Positions 31,057 to 42,158 of a stretch of DNA of 64,000 nucleotides are shown piece after piece; within the stretch, counting starts at the first letter, position 1, and each line of letters begins with the position of its first letter. The notes beneath the pieces were generated by a model that was not told the origin of the DNA, ran no database searches, and saw nothing but the letters and a program-made list of their open reading frames with translations. This DNA comes from an uncultured bacterium. Its GTDB lineage: Bacteria; Verrucomicrobiota; Verrucomicrobiia; Verrucomicrobiales; DEV007. The DNA lies in the NCBI GenBank assembly GCA_963977015.1, contig CAXBMO010000021.1, positions 32,001 to 96,000 on the forward strand. Direction: 5' to 3'. The translations under genes and the position numbers were made by a program.

Positions 31057-32097
31057 ATGACCGCTGCGATCGCTCTTACCGACACCCAGGATGCTGCAGC
31101 GGACGCGATCCGAAGGGCGGTCGAGTTGCTGCAGGCTGGTGAGGTTGTGGCCTTGCCGACCGAAACGGTTTACGGGCTGGGAGCCGATGCGCTGAATGAG
31201 GATGCGGTGGCGAAGGTGTTTGCGGTGAAGGAACGGCCCGAGTTTGATCCGCTGATCGTGCACTTGTCGGATCGGGAGCAGTTGCGCGAGGTCGCGGAGA
31301 TTCCGGAGGAGATTGAATCTTACATCCAGCAACTGGTGCAGGAGTTTTGGCCGGGGCCGTTGACGATCGTGTTGCCGAAAAAGGCGGCGATTCCGGATTT
31401 GGTGACGGCGGGGATGCCGACCGTGGCCGTTCGAATGAGCGCGCATCCCATTTTCACGAAGGTGGCGCGGACCTTGGGACGACCAATTGCCGCGCCGAGC
31501 GCGAATCGTTTCGGACGAATCAGCCCGACGTCGGCAGCGGCTGTGATGGAGGAGTTGGGGGATCGGATTCCGCTGATTTTGGATGGCGGGGCGTGTTCGG
31601 ACGGATTGGAGTCGACGATTGTGCGGGTTTCGCCGCCGGAGAAGAACAAGCCGGTCTATGAGATTTTGCGCGCGGGTCCGGTTACGCCGGATATGCTGAA
31701 GCAGTTTGGCCAGATCAAGAAACGCAAGCCGGGGAATGTCGCGAAGGATGCGCCCGGGCAGTTGGCAAGCCATTACGCGCCACGCACGCCGATCCGGCTC
31801 TTGGAGAAGCCGAGCGATTTTGTGGCGGATCCGGCCAAGTCTTACGCGCTGCTGAGTTACCGCGAAAACCCGAAGGACGGCTATCTGGATCTGCACGAGT
31901 GGGACGAAGTTGCGGCGCTGACGCCGGGGTCCGGGAAACAGGCCGAGGCGGCGGTTCGCTTCTTCTACGTGTTGCGCCAACTGGATCACGCCGGGGTTGA
32001 CGAGATCATTGCCGAGCCGATGTCGGAAGTTGGACTGGGCATCGCGATGATGGACCGCCTGCGGCGAGCGTCGCATCAAGACGAAGCCGGGAGTTAG
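31057..32097 (+). CDS. tsaC: L-threonylcarbamoyladenylate synthase (Sua5/TsaC, long form)
   Basis: PTETVYGLGAD, K.RP..DPLIVH, FWPGPLT, APSAN, ESTIV and APGQLASHYAP. Confidence 0.93.
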   Translation: MTAAIALTDTQDAAADAIRRAVELLQAGEVVALPTETVYGLGADALNEDAVAKVFAVKERPEFDPLIVHLSDREQLREVAEIPEEIESYIQQLVQEFWPGPLTIVLPKKAAIPDLVTAGMPTVAVRMSAHPIFTKVARTLGRPIAAPSANRFGRISPTSAAAVMEELGDRIPLILDGGACSDGLESTIVRVSPPEKNKPVYEILRAGPVTPDMLKQFGQIKKRKPGNVAKDAPGQLASHYAPRTPIRLLEKPSDFVADPAKSYALLSYRENPKDGYLDLHEWDEVAALTPGSGKQAEAAVRFFYVLRQLDHAGVDEIIAEPMSEVGLGIAMMDRLRRASHQDEAGS

Positions 32098-32102
32098 AAT
32101 CC

Positions 32103-33707
32103 ATGTCCAACGCAGAAACTGAAGATTCAACTCCCAAGGGCAAAGCCGGCATCGTCTCGATCGCGATCATGTGCAGCCGGGTTCTCGGGTTGGTTCGGGA
32201 GATCGTGCTGGGTGGATTGTTTGGCGGAAGCCGGTGGATGGATTCGTTCATGATCGCGTTTCGCACGCCGAACATGTTGCGCGACCTGTTTGCGGAGGGA
32301 GCGCTTTCGACCGCGTTTGTCACGACGTTCTCGAAGAAGATCAAAAGCGAAGGTGATGAGTCGGCCTGGGATTTGGCGCGGAAGATGATCACGCTGGTGA
32401 CGGTCTTCATGGCGGGAATCACGGTGATTGGCGTGCTCCTCGCCCCCCTCATCGTAAAGTTGATGGCCTGGGGATGGACGGACAGCCCGGAGCAGATTCA
32501 GTTTACCGTGATTCTGGCGCGGATCATCTACTGCTTCATCGGCATGATTTCGCTGGCGGCGTTGGTGATGGGGATGCTCAACTCCAAGGGATACTTTTTT
32601 GTTCCGGCCATCGCTTCGAGTTTCTTCAACCTGGGGTCGATCATCAGTGGCGTGCTCATCGGCCATTGGATCGATCCGTGCTGGGGACGTTGGTCGCTGG
32701 TCGGTTTTGCGATTGGTGTGTTGGTCGGCGGACTGTTTCAGTTGCTGGTGCAATTGCCTTCGCTCCGGAAAGTGGGGTTCAAATTTCGCCCGGATTTCGG
32801 CTGGAAGGATCCGGCGGTGAAAAAGGTTCTTTCCCTGATGGTTCCCGCGATCATTTCGGGAAGCGCGGTTCAGGTCGGGGTGGCGTTGAACACGTTTTTC
32901 GCGTCGTTTCTCGACCGCCCGGGCTCGGTCAGCTTTTTGCAATGGGCCTTCCGCCTCATGCAACTGCCTCTCGGCGTTTTTGGCGTTGCGGTCGCGACGG
33001 TCACCCTTCCCGCGATTTCGCGAGCGGCGGCCGAAGGAGTCAGCGATGAGTTTCGAAACATTCTTTCGCGCGGAGTTCGGCTCGTCTTTCTCCTGACGAT
33101 TCCCTCGGCCCTGGGCCTTGCCTTACTCGCGGAACCTATTATCTCGGTGATCTTTCAGCGCGGTCGGTTCACGGCGGAAGACGCCATGGCAACGGCCGCC
33201 GCCTTGCAGATGTATGCCATGGGACTGATCTTCTATGCAGGAATCAAGGTGGTGCAGCCCGCCTTCTATGCGATCGACAAGAAGTGGATCCCCATGTATG
33301 TGAGCTTTGTCTCGATCATCACCAATGCGGTTCTCAATTATCTCTGGATCTTCGTCCTGGATAAATCGCATGAATATCTCGCGCTCTCGACGGCAATCAG
33401 CTCACTGCTGAACTTCAGCCTTCTCTATATCATGATGCGGATTTTTGCCGGGCACTTTCATACCGGGAAGCTCGTCAGCACGGTCTTCCGGATCATGGTG
33501 GCCGGTTCCGCACTCAGCGCCATCGCTTTGACCAGCAAATATACCATCCTCGCCGAATGGGCCACGATGGCGTTCGCTCCGAAAGCCATTGCCCTCGGGG
33601 CCACGATTGCGGTGGCCGCAGCGGCTTACTTCTGGGTCGCCCGGGTGCTGCGCATTGAAGAGATGGACGAGTTTGTGGCGATGGTGAAACGCCGCACGAA
33701 ACGTTAG
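32103..33707 (+). CDS. murJ: Lipid II flippase MurJ (MviN)
   Basis: SRVLGLVRE, AFRTPN.LR.LFAEGA, RLMQLPLGVFG and FQRGRF; multiple TM helices. Confidence 0.95.
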   Translation: MSNAETEDSTPKGKAGIVSIAIMCSRVLGLVREIVLGGLFGGSRWMDSFMIAFRTPNMLRDLFAEGALSTAFVTTFSKKIKSEGDESAWDLARKMITLVTVFMAGITVIGVLLAPLIVKLMAWGWTDSPEQIQFTVILARIIYCFIGMISLAALVMGMLNSKGYFFVPAIASSFFNLGSIISGVLIGHWIDPCWGRWSLVGFAIGVLVGGLFQLLVQLPSLRKVGFKFRPDFGWKDPAVKKVLSLMVPAIISGSAVQVGVALNTFFASFLDRPGSVSFLQWAFRLMQLPLGVFGVAVATVTLPAISRAAAEGVSDEFRNILSRGVRLVFLLTIPSALGLALLAEPIISVIFQRGRFTAEDAMATAAALQMYAMGLIFYAGIKVVQPAFYAIDKKWIPMYVSFVSIITNAVLNYLWIFVLDKSHEYLALSTAISSLLNFSLLYIMMRIFAGHFHTGKLVSTVFRIMVAGSALSAIALTSKYTILAEWATMAFAPKAIALGATIAVAAAAYFWVARVLRIEEMDEFVAMVKRRTKR

Positions 33708-33712
33708 AGCAA

Positions 33713-34006
33713 TTGGGCTGCGAACTCCATTGCCGCGTGACGCCAAACGCGAAGAAGAGCGAGATCATCGGTTGGGAAGTCGACGAGCAACGGGACGGAC
33801 TGCGCGTCCTGCAAATCAAACTCAACGCACCGCCGGTTGATGGGAAGGCGAATCAGGAACTGACCAAGTTCCTCAGCAAAGCTCTTGGTCTCCCCAAATC
33901 CAAGATCCAATTGGCTCGTGGAGAGAAGAGCCGAACCAAACGCATCGCAATCGATGGCATTTCGGAGGAAGAACTCGAGTCGAAGGTTGCCTCTTATCTA
34001 TCCTGA
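33713..34006 (+). CDS. DUF167 (YggU/UPF0235) protein
   Basis: VTPNAK, APPVDGKAN and G..SR.K. Confidence 0.88.
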   Translation: MGCELHCRVTPNAKKSEIIGWEVDEQRDGLRVLQIKLNAPPVDGKANQELTKFLSKALGLPKSKIQLARGEKSRTKRIAIDGISEEELESKVASYLS

Positions 34007-34884
34007 CGTTTCCAATAGAGGTCGATGCCGTCGACACACATATCGGAAGGGTTCGCGTTTTCGTATTCACTGAAAACCGCCGCATCCACGCCCTCGCTTT
34101 CGGCGCGTTGTTGATTGAAACGAACAAACGCCTCGATCATTTCCTCGCGGGATGCCCCCGCTTCGCGCTGGGTTTTGATGAGCTCCGTCGCGTCGAGGAT
34201 GATGGTCTCATAACGCGCAAAGTGATCGGCGACATCGTCAATCGCACCAAAGTGGGTGAGATAGAGTTGCTCCAGATTCGCCGCCGCGACGCGATGCATT
34301 GATTCTCGATAAGGCTCGGGTTCGAACTGCGAAGGCGCGGTTGTTGGAGAGATGTAGGTTTGCCCGGGAAGCCGAACTCCGGCAACGTCACCCGCGAAGC
34401 CAATTCCACCTCCCACAAACACGTGATGATGGCGCGCGTGGCCCGGCGTGTCCCAAGCCTGGAAATCGGTGTCTCCCACTTCAACCGTATCGCCATCGTT
34501 CAGCGCCGTGACCTGCGCTTCGGGGATCGGCTTCACCTCGCCCCACAACGTATCAAGCAGGTCGCCGTAAACCATTCTCGCCCCCTCGATCAGCTTGCTG
34601 GGATCGACGAGATGCCTCGCCCCGCGCTGATGGACAAAAATTTGCGCGCCCTTTGCTCCCCACCATCCAGCCGCTCCCGCGTGATCCAGATGAATGTGGG
34701 TGACGAGCACCTTTTTCACGTCATCGGGGTTGAAGCCAAGCTCGCGAATCCCGGTCGTGAGGGCCTCAATCGTGCTCGTCGGCCCGGTTTCGATCAGGGC
34801 CAGCTCGCCGCCGGATTCGATGAGAAAGGCGGCGATGGACCGGGGTTTGCCGCGAAAATGGAGATCAATCGGATGGACGTTCAT
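33994..34884 (-). CDS. Metallo-beta-lactamase-fold hydrolase
   Basis: THIHLDHAG, TPGHA.HH, GD and THFG. Confidence 0.9.
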   Translation of the reverse strand: MNVHPIDLHFRGKPRSIAAFLIESGGELALIETGPTSTIEALTTGIRELGFNPDDVKKVLVTHIHLDHAGAAGWWGAKGAQIFVHQRGARHLVDPSKLIEGARMVYGDLLDTLWGEVKPIPEAQVTALNDGDTVEVGDTDFQAWDTPGHARHHHVFVGGGIGFAGDVAGVRLPGQTYISPTTAPSQFEPEPYRESMHRVAAANLEQLYLTHFGAIDDVADHFARYETIILDATELIKTQREAGASREEMIEAFVRFNQQRAESEGVDAAVFSEYENANPSDMCVDGIDLYWKRQDR

Positions 34885-35039
34885 AGGTGCCCGGCCAGTC
34901 AAAACCGGGGAAGGCTTCGGATCAAACTTTTGCGCCCGTCTATTGAGCAAGAAAGGCGGTTTCCGCGTCTAATGGTGCGGAGCTTAGGATTGATCAGTAA
35001 ATCCGCGCCTCAATTTGCCAGTTGCTATTGTTAGAATCT

Positions 35040-35055
35040 TTGTGAAATTTCACAA
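35040..35055. promoter_or_regulatory. Putative Rex operator, perfect palindrome TTGTGAAATTTCACAA
   Basis: Rex half-sites TTGTGAA/TTCACAA directly abut the rex GTG start; an extended -10-like TGnTAGAAT lies at 35029-35037. Confidence 0.6.
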
Positions 35056-35673
35056 GTGTCGAAAGAAATCCCCAGGAAGACGATTTACCGTCTGAGCCAA
35101 TACCAACGTTGCCTGCAGCATTTGCGCGACAATGAGATGGAAACCGTCTCATCCGAAGCGCTGGCCAAGGCCTCCGGGGTCAAGCCAACCCAGTTGCGGA
35201 AAGACCTGGCTCATTTCGGCCAACTCGGCACCCGCGGGCTGGGCTACAACGTGGAAACGCTTTCCAACGTGCTTGGCAATGTTCTCGGCGCCGAGCGTCT
35301 GCGCCCCGTCATCCTCGTCGGGGTCGGAAACCTCGGGGCTGCCCTGACCCGATATGGCGGATTCGAGAAAGAAGGTTTCGAGATTGCCGCCGCCTTCGAC
35401 GCAGATCCGGATCGAGCCAACCAGCGCAATGTTCCCTTTCCGATCCGCTCGAGTAGCGAAATGGTCGATTTCATCAAGGAGAACAACGTGAAAATGGCGA
35501 TTCTGGCGGTTCCCGCGCCTCATGCCCAAAGCGTCGCCAATGAGTTGGTGAAGGCGGGGATTCAAGGCATTTTGAACTTCTCCCCCACGCTTCTCGAGAC
35601 GCCCGACAACGTCGTCGTCAACAGCGTCGATCTCGCGATTGAGTTGGAGAACCTGAGCTACTTTATCAAGTAA
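35056..35673 (+). CDS. rex: Redox-sensing transcriptional repressor Rex
   Basis: RLS.Y.R.L, QLRKDL..FG..G.RG.GY, VGVGNLG, ILNFSP and VDL. Confidence 0.95.
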   Translation: MSKEIPRKTIYRLSQYQRCLQHLRDNEMETVSSEALAKASGVKPTQLRKDLAHFGQLGTRGLGYNVETLSNVLGNVLGAERLRPVILVGVGNLGAALTRYGGFEKEGFEIAAAFDADPDRANQRNVPFPIRSSSEMVDFIKENNVKMAILAVPAPHAQSVANELVKAGIQGILNFSPTLLETPDNVVVNSVDLAIELENLSYFIK

Positions 35674-35784
35674 TGAGCGCAATGCGCTTGAATGGGCTCA
35701 CGCGACGGCGCAAAGCTCGCAACGAGTTTCTTTCTTGTAGAGAACATCGCGTTGCGGACTTTGTGCCGTTGCGTGAGACAAGGC

Positions 35785-37233
35785 TCAGAGCCGCGGCGGG
35801 TTGAAAGGGGTCGTCGGCGTTTGGCCACTCGCTTTGGCGCGAAGAAGTGGACGCAAGTGTTCCATCACGGCTTTTGCTTCCTGATCAGGATCAATGGCCA
35901 GGTTGTGGAATTCCATGGGGTCGGAATGATGATCGTAAAGCTCGATTCCGTGCCTTCCCTCGCCCCATTCCGTGAATCTCCATCGTTCGGTCCGAATGCT
36001 GCATCCCATGACCGGCTCGGACAATCGATCATCGTCCGGACGCAAAATCTGGGTGACGGCGTGCGCATCCCAATCCGCAATCGGATCGTCGAGCAGGGGA
36101 ACCAGACTTTGGCCGGAAAGGGGTGTCGCGGGCTCGAGGTTCGCCAAATCGATCACGGTTGGGTAAATATCGACGAACTCGACAATGCGCGGGCTTGCCT
36201 GCCCGTTCCCCGTTGCCTGCGGCGCCCGAAAAATGAGCGGCGAACGCGCCGACTGCTCAAAAAGGGTTCGCTTCTGCCAGACTCCGTCATGCTCGCCAAG
36301 GTGATAGCCGTGATCGCTCCAAAAAACGACGATCGTCTTTTCGGCGAGCTCGAGTTCATCCAGAGCATCCAGGAGGCGACCGACTTGAGCATCAATGAAC
36401 GACACACAGGCATAGTAGGCCTGCACCGCTTTCCGCAGCGTCAGCTCATCCAATCCGTAGTTCGGCACCGGGCAATTATGGGCAAACGCCGCTGTCGGGA
36501 TATCATCCCGATCTCCTTCCGGAGCATAGGGCAGGCGAATTTCCTCCAACGGATACATCTCAAAGTATTTCTTGGGCGCGACATAAGGGGTGTGAGGGCG
36601 AAAGAAGCCGGCCGCGATAAAAAACGGCTCGTTTTGTTTCTCGGCCATCAGTCGAATCGCCTCCGTCGCGATCATTCCGTCCGTCTGTTCCTCGTCTGCG
36701 CCCTCCGCGGCAAGCCAACTCAGGGCGGCACTGATTTTTCGATGCGGTTCCGCGTTAAAGATCAAATCCTCTTCCGCCTTGTCTCTCCCTTTCGGATTGA
36801 TGGTTTGCTGCCACGAAGGAGGATCGTCAAACCCGTCCGTCCCGATGCTGGCAGGCACGTTGTAATGATAAATCTTGCCAACCCGGCCTGCATAGTAACC
36901 GTCCTGGATAAAACGCTGGGACAACGTCACCACATCCGGAACCTCCTCTCGAAAATGCCGATCCAGATCGTAGACCTTGATCTCGTCAGGTCGCAGTCCC
37001 GTCATCACGGAGGCGCGAGTCGGATTGCAAAGTGGCAATTGATTGTAGGCCCGGTCAAACCGAACCCCGGTCGCGGCCAATCGGTCAATATGCGGCGTTT
37101 TGGCCAGCAAATCCCCGTAGCATCCCAGGGAGCATGCCAGATCATCGACCGAAATGAACAACACGTTGGGCCGTTCCGCGCCATGGGACCAACCAACCAG
37201 CAAAAGAGCAATTCCAGCAAAGAGGGGTTTCAT
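35785..37233 (-). CDS. Sulfatase (iduronate-2-sulfatase-like), exported
   Basis: [31 protein letters not shown] and [11 protein letters not shown]. Confidence 0.9.
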   Translation of the reverse strand: MKPLFAGIALLLVGWSHGAERPNVLFISVDDLACSLGCYGDLLAKTPHIDRLAATGVRFDRAYNQLPLCNPTRASVMTGLRPDEIKVYDLDRHFREEVPDVVTLSQRFIQDGYYAGRVGKIYHYNVPASIGTDGFDDPPSWQQTINPKGRDKAEEDLIFNAEPHRKISAALSWLAAEGADEEQTDGMIATEAIRLMAEKQNEPFFIAAGFFRPHTPYVAPKKYFEMYPLEEIRLPYAPEGDRDDIPTAAFAHNCPVPNYGLDELTLRKAVQAYYACVSFIDAQVGRLLDALDELELAEKTIVVFWSDHGYHLGEHDGVWQKRTLFEQSARSPLIFRAPQATGNGQASPRIVEFVDIYPTVIDLANLEPATPLSGQSLVPLLDDPIADWDAHAVTQILRPDDDRLSEPVMGCSIRTERWRFTEWGEGRHGIELYDHHSDPMEFHNLAIDPDQEAKAVMEHLRPLLRAKASGQTPTTPFNPPRL

Positions 37234-37376
37234 GAAGGCACCTTGAAACGCCCTGCCCACATCTCAAGCCTGAACCACCCGGTATCCGGGGTTGAACGGC
37301 CAGGGGTTGCCGATTTCGCCATCACCTTCGCAGTGTTCAGGGTTGAATTTCGCATCGACCCTTTGGAAAGTCTGCC

Positions 37377-38153
37377 ATGCTCGCCATTATCTCCCCTGCG
37401 AAAACCCTGGATTACGATTCCCCGCCGCTCACCGACAAGTGCACGACACCGGATTTCCTCGATCGCTCCAAGGAGCTGATCAAGCAGCTTCGCACCCTGT
37501 CGGAGGAGGAGATCGGCGCCCTGATGTCGATCAGCCCGAAGTTGGCGGCTCTGAACACAGAGCGCTACCAGAGCTTCAAACCTCCGTTCACGACAGACAA
37601 CGCCAAACAGGCGCTTCTCGCGTTCAAGGGCGATGTTTACACCGGGTTCGAACTCCCAACCTATGGCGAGGCCGATTTCGCTTACGCTCAGGACCATCTG
37701 CGGATTCTTTCAGGGCTTTACGGGCTGCTTCGGCCTCTTGATTTGATGCAGCCGTATCGCCTCGAAATGGGGACGAAACTGAAGAACAAACGGGGAAAAG
37801 ACCTCTACGCGTTTTGGGGAGACACCATCACGAAGGCGTTGAACGAGGCAATCGCGGACTCGGGAAGCAAAACGCTCGTGAACCTGGCTTCGAACGAATA
37901 TTACCACAGCGTCCAGCCCGCCAATCTGGACGCGCGCATCATCACTCCCGTCTTCAAGGACGAGAAAAACGGGAAACTGAAGATCATCAGCTTCTTTGCG
38001 AAGAAAGCGCGGGGCGTCATGTCCGATTTTCTGATCCGCAATCGCGTTGAGAAGCCGGAAGGCTTGAAGAAGTTCAAGGGAATGGGTTATGCCTTCAGCA
38101 AAGACTTGTCCGAGGGCGACACCTGGGTTTTTACCCGGCCGGAAGCCGCCTGA
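37377..38153 (+). CDS. yaaA: Peroxide stress protein YaaA
   Basis: [38 protein letters not shown] and [10 protein letters not shown]. Confidence 0.95.
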   Translation: MLAIISPAKTLDYDSPPLTDKCTTPDFLDRSKELIKQLRTLSEEEIGALMSISPKLAALNTERYQSFKPPFTTDNAKQALLAFKGDVYTGFELPTYGEADFAYAQDHLRILSGLYGLLRPLDLMQPYRLEMGTKLKNKRGKDLYAFWGDTITKALNEAIADSGSKTLVNLASNEYYHSVQPANLDARIITPVFKDEKNGKLKIISFFAKKARGVMSDFLIRNRVEKPEGLKKFKGMGYAFSKDLSEGDTWVFTRPEAA

Positions 38154-38220
38154 GCGATGGTTCACCCTTGCAAAGCCCCCAAAGAAGCCCTCTAATCCCT
38201 CCTCGGAGTCAGAAATCCCC

Positions 38221-39156
38221 ATGAAAGCATTTCTCATCATCTTTGTCCTCATCATCGCCGTTTTGGGCGGTGGGACCTACTACTGTTACACCCAGGGCCA
38301 CCTGGACAAGTATTTGAAGAAGGAGGAGGCCACGGCCACACCGTCCAGCCCCGCTCCCGCGCCGCCGAAAACGACTTCGGCACCGGTCAGCACGCCCAAG
38401 GCACCCACGACTCCCAAGCCCGTCGCCTCGACTCCAACGCCAAAGCCTGCGGAACCTGCCCCCAAGCCTGCGGCCCCGAAAACCGAGTTTGAGAAGAAGG
38501 CTGACGAGAAATACCCGATGCCGAAGTTCAAACCGCTCCTGGAAATCGTCGACAACTGGAACAGCGTTCCCCAACGCGCGTTCCCCCAGGCGATTACCGT
38601 GAATGTCGATGCGGAATACAAGATTCAGGCGAGCGACGGCAAAGTCCTCGGATCCAGCAATGCCCCGGCCGGTCACAAAGCGGTCCCGCTCAAGCACAAG
38701 CCCGGCATGCTCCAGATTACGGATCGTCCCGGCGGAACGGCGCTCGCCGTCGTGAAGGTCGATGACACCGACTTCAAACAGCAGATCGAAAATCTCTACA
38801 ATACGAAAGTTGCCGAAGCTCAGGAGCGCATCCTCAAGGCACGTCGCGTTTACGCCAAGGTGCTCGCAGCCCAGCCCAGCGGAGGTGGTGGAGGCGGTTC
38901 TGGCGACGACCCCCGTTTTCAGCCGGTCCGCGCCTATCTCGCCGCCGGCAAAATGGAGTCCGCTCTCCTTGAGGAAGCCAAGGAATGGTACTGGATGGGT
39001 TCGGAAGTTCACGACGGCCGCACCTACGACGTGGTTCTGGTCAATTTTGAGGTGAACACGATTTTCGGACTCTTCCCGAACTCCATGAAATGCCTGCTCA
39101 GCAACGGCAACGTGGTGAAGTGGATCGATTCGGAGACCGGCGAAGAACGAACCTAG
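38221..39156 (+). CDS. Hypothetical membrane-anchored protein with Pro/Thr-rich linker
   Basis: N-terminal hydrophobic anchor, PAPT-rich linker, good coding-like codon usage; no family recognised. Confidence 0.7.
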   Translation: MKAFLIIFVLIIAVLGGGTYYCYTQGHLDKYLKKEEATATPSSPAPAPPKTTSAPVSTPKAPTTPKPVASTPTPKPAEPAPKPAAPKTEFEKKADEKYPMPKFKPLLEIVDNWNSVPQRAFPQAITVNVDAEYKIQASDGKVLGSSNAPAGHKAVPLKHKPGMLQITDRPGGTALAVVKVDDTDFKQQIENLYNTKVAEAQERILKARRVYAKVLAAQPSGGGGGGSGDDPRFQPVRAYLAAGKMESALLEEAKEWYWMGSEVHDGRTYDVVLVNFEVNTIFGLFPNSMKCLLSNGNVVKWIDSETGEERT

Positions 39157-39168
39157 AAAAACGGTCGA

Positions 39169-41061
39169 TTGATTCTCCGCCTCTGCATTTGGCTGACGCT
39201 GTCAGGGTTCTGCCTGGCCCAGGACGCATTTGAGCCCATTCCCCGTCGGCTTCCTCCGGTCGGAATTGAAATTCCGGAGGCAGTCGGGATGGAGTTCCTC
39301 GAGGAATTCGATCGCATCCTGACCCTTTCCGCCGGGTCCGATCATCCCCGCATCGCGGATGCCTTGGTTTTCGTGAAAGGCGTTGAGTTCGCCCTCATGA
39401 ATCGCGAGTTTTACGCGGAAAAAGACTTCGCGATCGCCCGAAAGCACCTCGAACTCGCCAACGAACGGCTCAAAAACCCGGAATCGATCCCGAAAAGCGG
39501 GTTGGTCGTTCGCGGTTACGAATCCAGCATCGACGGCTCCTACCAGCCCTACGGCTTGGAAATTCCAGCCAACCTCGACCTCTCGAAACCCGTCCCGCTT
39601 TTGGTCTGGCTACACGGGCGTGGCGACAAATCCACTGACCTCCATTTCATCGAACGCTGCCTCACCAAATCGCAGGCCCTCGGCGGCAAGATCGCCAATC
39701 AGGAGCAATGCATCGTGCTTCACCCCTTTGGCCGCCAATGCATTGGCTGGAAACACGCCGGGGAGATTGACGTCTTTGAGGCGATTGCCGATGCCAAAGC
39801 GGCGCTCGGCATCACCGTCAGCAAACAGATCCTCGCCGGCTTCTCCATGGGCGGCGCGGGAGCCTGGCACATTGGGGCGCATTATCCGGACCGCTTTGAC
39901 GCCATCCACGCTGGAGCCGGATTCGCGGAAACCGCCGAATACAACAAGCTGAAACCGGAGAATCACCCCGCTTGGTATGAGAAAACGCTCTGGGGCCTCT
40001 ACGACGTTCCCAACTACGCCCGCAATCTCCTGAACCACCCAGTCATCGCCTACAGCGGCGAAGTCGACAAGCAGAAGCAGGCCGCCGACCTGATGGCGCG
40101 AGAGCTCGCCAAACACGGCCACGAGTTGGAACATGTGATCGGGCCGGGCATGGGTCACAAATACCACGACGATTCGGCAAAGCAGATTTTTGACGCGTTG
40201 ATGGCAGTTCAACCCCGGGATCCCCTCTCGGATATCCACTTGCAAACCCAAACCCTGCGCTACGCCGGGATGAGCCCGATTTGGGTGACAGGTTTGGAGG
40301 AACATTGGCAAGATTCACGAGTCGATTTTCGAAACGAAAACGGAGTAAAGGTGGTAACCACGAAGAACGTAACGAACCTGAGGCTTCCCGGCATCGGTAG
40401 GTTCGAACTCGATGGTCAGAGCTTGACTTCGCACCAATCCATTGGGCATTTCCAAGAATTCCAAAAGGTCGATGGCCGCTGGGAATTCGGCAAGCCAAGC
40501 GGTCTCCGCAAGAAACCCGGCCTCCAGGGCCCGATCGACGATGCCTTCATGGCGCCGTTCCTCGTCGTGCTCCCCACCGAGCTTTCTCAACGTCCGGCCG
40601 TCCAAAAGTGGCTCGACTTCGAATCCTCCCACTTCGCAAAGCGCTGGCGCGAGCTGATGCGCGGCCATCTCCCCGTGAAACGCGCCAACGAAGTGACCAA
40701 AGACGATGTCGCGAACTTCAACCTCATCTGTTGGGGCGAACCGACGACCAATTCCGTCATCGGAGCGACGATTGACAAGCTCCCACTCACCTGGAAGGAA
40801 ACGCTGGAAATCGGCAACACCAGTGTCGATCCCGCGTTTCACGTTCCCGCCCTGATCTACCCCAACCCGCTCAACCCGGAACGCTACCTCGTCCTCAACA
40901 GCGGCCTCACGTTCCGAGAAGATCACGATCGCACCAACTCGCTGCAAAACCCGAAACTCCCGGATTGGGCGGTGATCGATGTTCGCCAAGCTCCGAGCGG
41001 CTCTTCCCCTGGCAAGGTCATCGATGCGAACTTTTTCAACGAACGCTGGGCGCTGAAGTAA
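39169..41061 (+). CDS. Exported alpha/beta-hydrolase (prolyl oligopeptidase/esterase-like)
   Basis: WLHGRG, GFSMGG nucleophile elbow, YSGEVD and GMGH. Confidence 0.82.
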   Translation: MILRLCIWLTLSGFCLAQDAFEPIPRRLPPVGIEIPEAVGMEFLEEFDRILTLSAGSDHPRIADALVFVKGVEFALMNREFYAEKDFAIARKHLELANERLKNPESIPKSGLVVRGYESSIDGSYQPYGLEIPANLDLSKPVPLLVWLHGRGDKSTDLHFIERCLTKSQALGGKIANQEQCIVLHPFGRQCIGWKHAGEIDVFEAIADAKAALGITVSKQILAGFSMGGAGAWHIGAHYPDRFDAIHAGAGFAETAEYNKLKPENHPAWYEKTLWGLYDVPNYARNLLNHPVIAYSGEVDKQKQAADLMARELAKHGHELEHVIGPGMGHKYHDDSAKQIFDALMAVQPRDPLSDIHLQTQTLRYAGMSPIWVTGLEEHWQDSRVDFRNENGVKVVTTKNVTNLRLPGIGRFELDGQSLTSHQSIGHFQEFQKVDGRWEFGKPSGLRKKPGLQGPIDDAFMAPFLVVLPTELSQRPAVQKWLDFESSHFAKRWRELMRGHLPVKRANEVTKDDVANFNLICWGEPTTNSVIGATIDKLPLTWKETLEIGNTSVDPAFHVPALIYPNPLNPERYLVLNSGLTFREDHDRTNSLQNPKLPDWAVIDVRQAPSGSSPGKVIDANFFNERWALK

Positions 41062-41150
41062 GCACGATTGTTGCCTAGTGGCGCATATGTGACGGAATCT
41101 TCGCATTCTTCCACTTACACTGACAGGCACTTCAACAAACGATGCGGGCC

Positions 41151-42158
41151 ATGAGTATTCGAATTGGAATCAACGGATTTGGCCGCATTGGACGCCTTGC
41201 CTTGCGGGCGGCTTGGGATTGGCCAGAGTTTGAAATCGTCTACATCAACGACCCTGGAGGCATTGAGTCGGCAGCCCACCTCCTGGAGTTTGATTCTCTC
41301 CACCGGCGCTGGGACAAGGACATCAAGACCGAAGGATCTACCTTGGTCATCGATGGCAAGCCGGTCGCCTTTGCCGCTTCCAAGGAATTGGCGGAAATGC
41401 CGTGGAAAGCGAGCGATGTCGACATCATGATCGAAAGTTCCGGAGTCTTTCGTACCACCGAAAGCCTGGTGCCCTACTTCCAATCGGGAATCAAAAAGGT
41501 CGTCGTCGCCGCTCCCGTCAAACACGGCGCGCTGAACATCGTCATGGGCGTTAACGATCACCTCTACGACCCCGCGACCCACAATCTCCTCACCGCCGCA
41601 TCCTGCACCACCAACTGCCTCGCTCCGGTCGTCAAAGTGGTTCGCGACGGACTCGGCATCAAGCACGGCTCCATCACCACCATCCACGACCTCACCAACA
41701 CCCAGGTTATCGTGGACAAACCGCACAAGGACTTGCGCCGCGCCCGCGCCGCCTCGCTTTCCCTCATCCCCACCACCACCGGATCCGCCACCGCCATCAC
41801 CCAGATTTACCCGGAACTCACCGGCAAGCTCAACGGCCACGCCGTCCGCGTTCCACTCCTCACCGGTTCGCTTACCGACTGCGTGTTCGAAGTCGAACGG
41901 ACAACCACCGTGGAGGAAGTGAATCAGCTCTTCAAAACAGCCTCTGAAGGCGAACTCGCCGGGATTCTTGGCTACGAGGAGAGGCCGCTCGTCGGCGTCG
42001 ACTATGTCGGTGATTCCCGCTCTTCAATTATCGACGCCCTCTCCACCATGGTGGTAAACGGAACCCAGGTGAAGGTCTACGCGTGGTATGATAACGAATT
42101 TGGCTACGCCAACCGTTTGGCCGATCTCGTCAAAAAAGTCGCCGGGAGCCTGTCTTGA
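41151..42158 (+). CDS. gap: ArsJ-associated glyceraldehyde-3-phosphate dehydrogenase
   Basis: [30 protein letters not shown] and WYDNE; overlaps the start of an arsJ-like gene. Confidence 0.93.
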   Translation: MSIRIGINGFGRIGRLALRAAWDWPEFEIVYINDPGGIESAAHLLEFDSLHRRWDKDIKTEGSTLVIDGKPVAFAASKELAEMPWKASDVDIMIESSGVFRTTESLVPYFQSGIKKVVVAAPVKHGALNIVMGVNDHLYDPATHNLLTAASCTTNCLAPVVKVVRDGLGIKHGSITTIHDLTNTQVIVDKPHKDLRRARAASLSLIPTTTGSATAITQIYPELTGKLNGHAVRVPLLTGSLTDCVFEVERTTTVEEVNQLFKTASEGELAGILGYEERPLVGVDYVGDSRSSIIDALSTMVVNGTQVKVYAWYDNEFGYANRLADLVKKVAGSLS

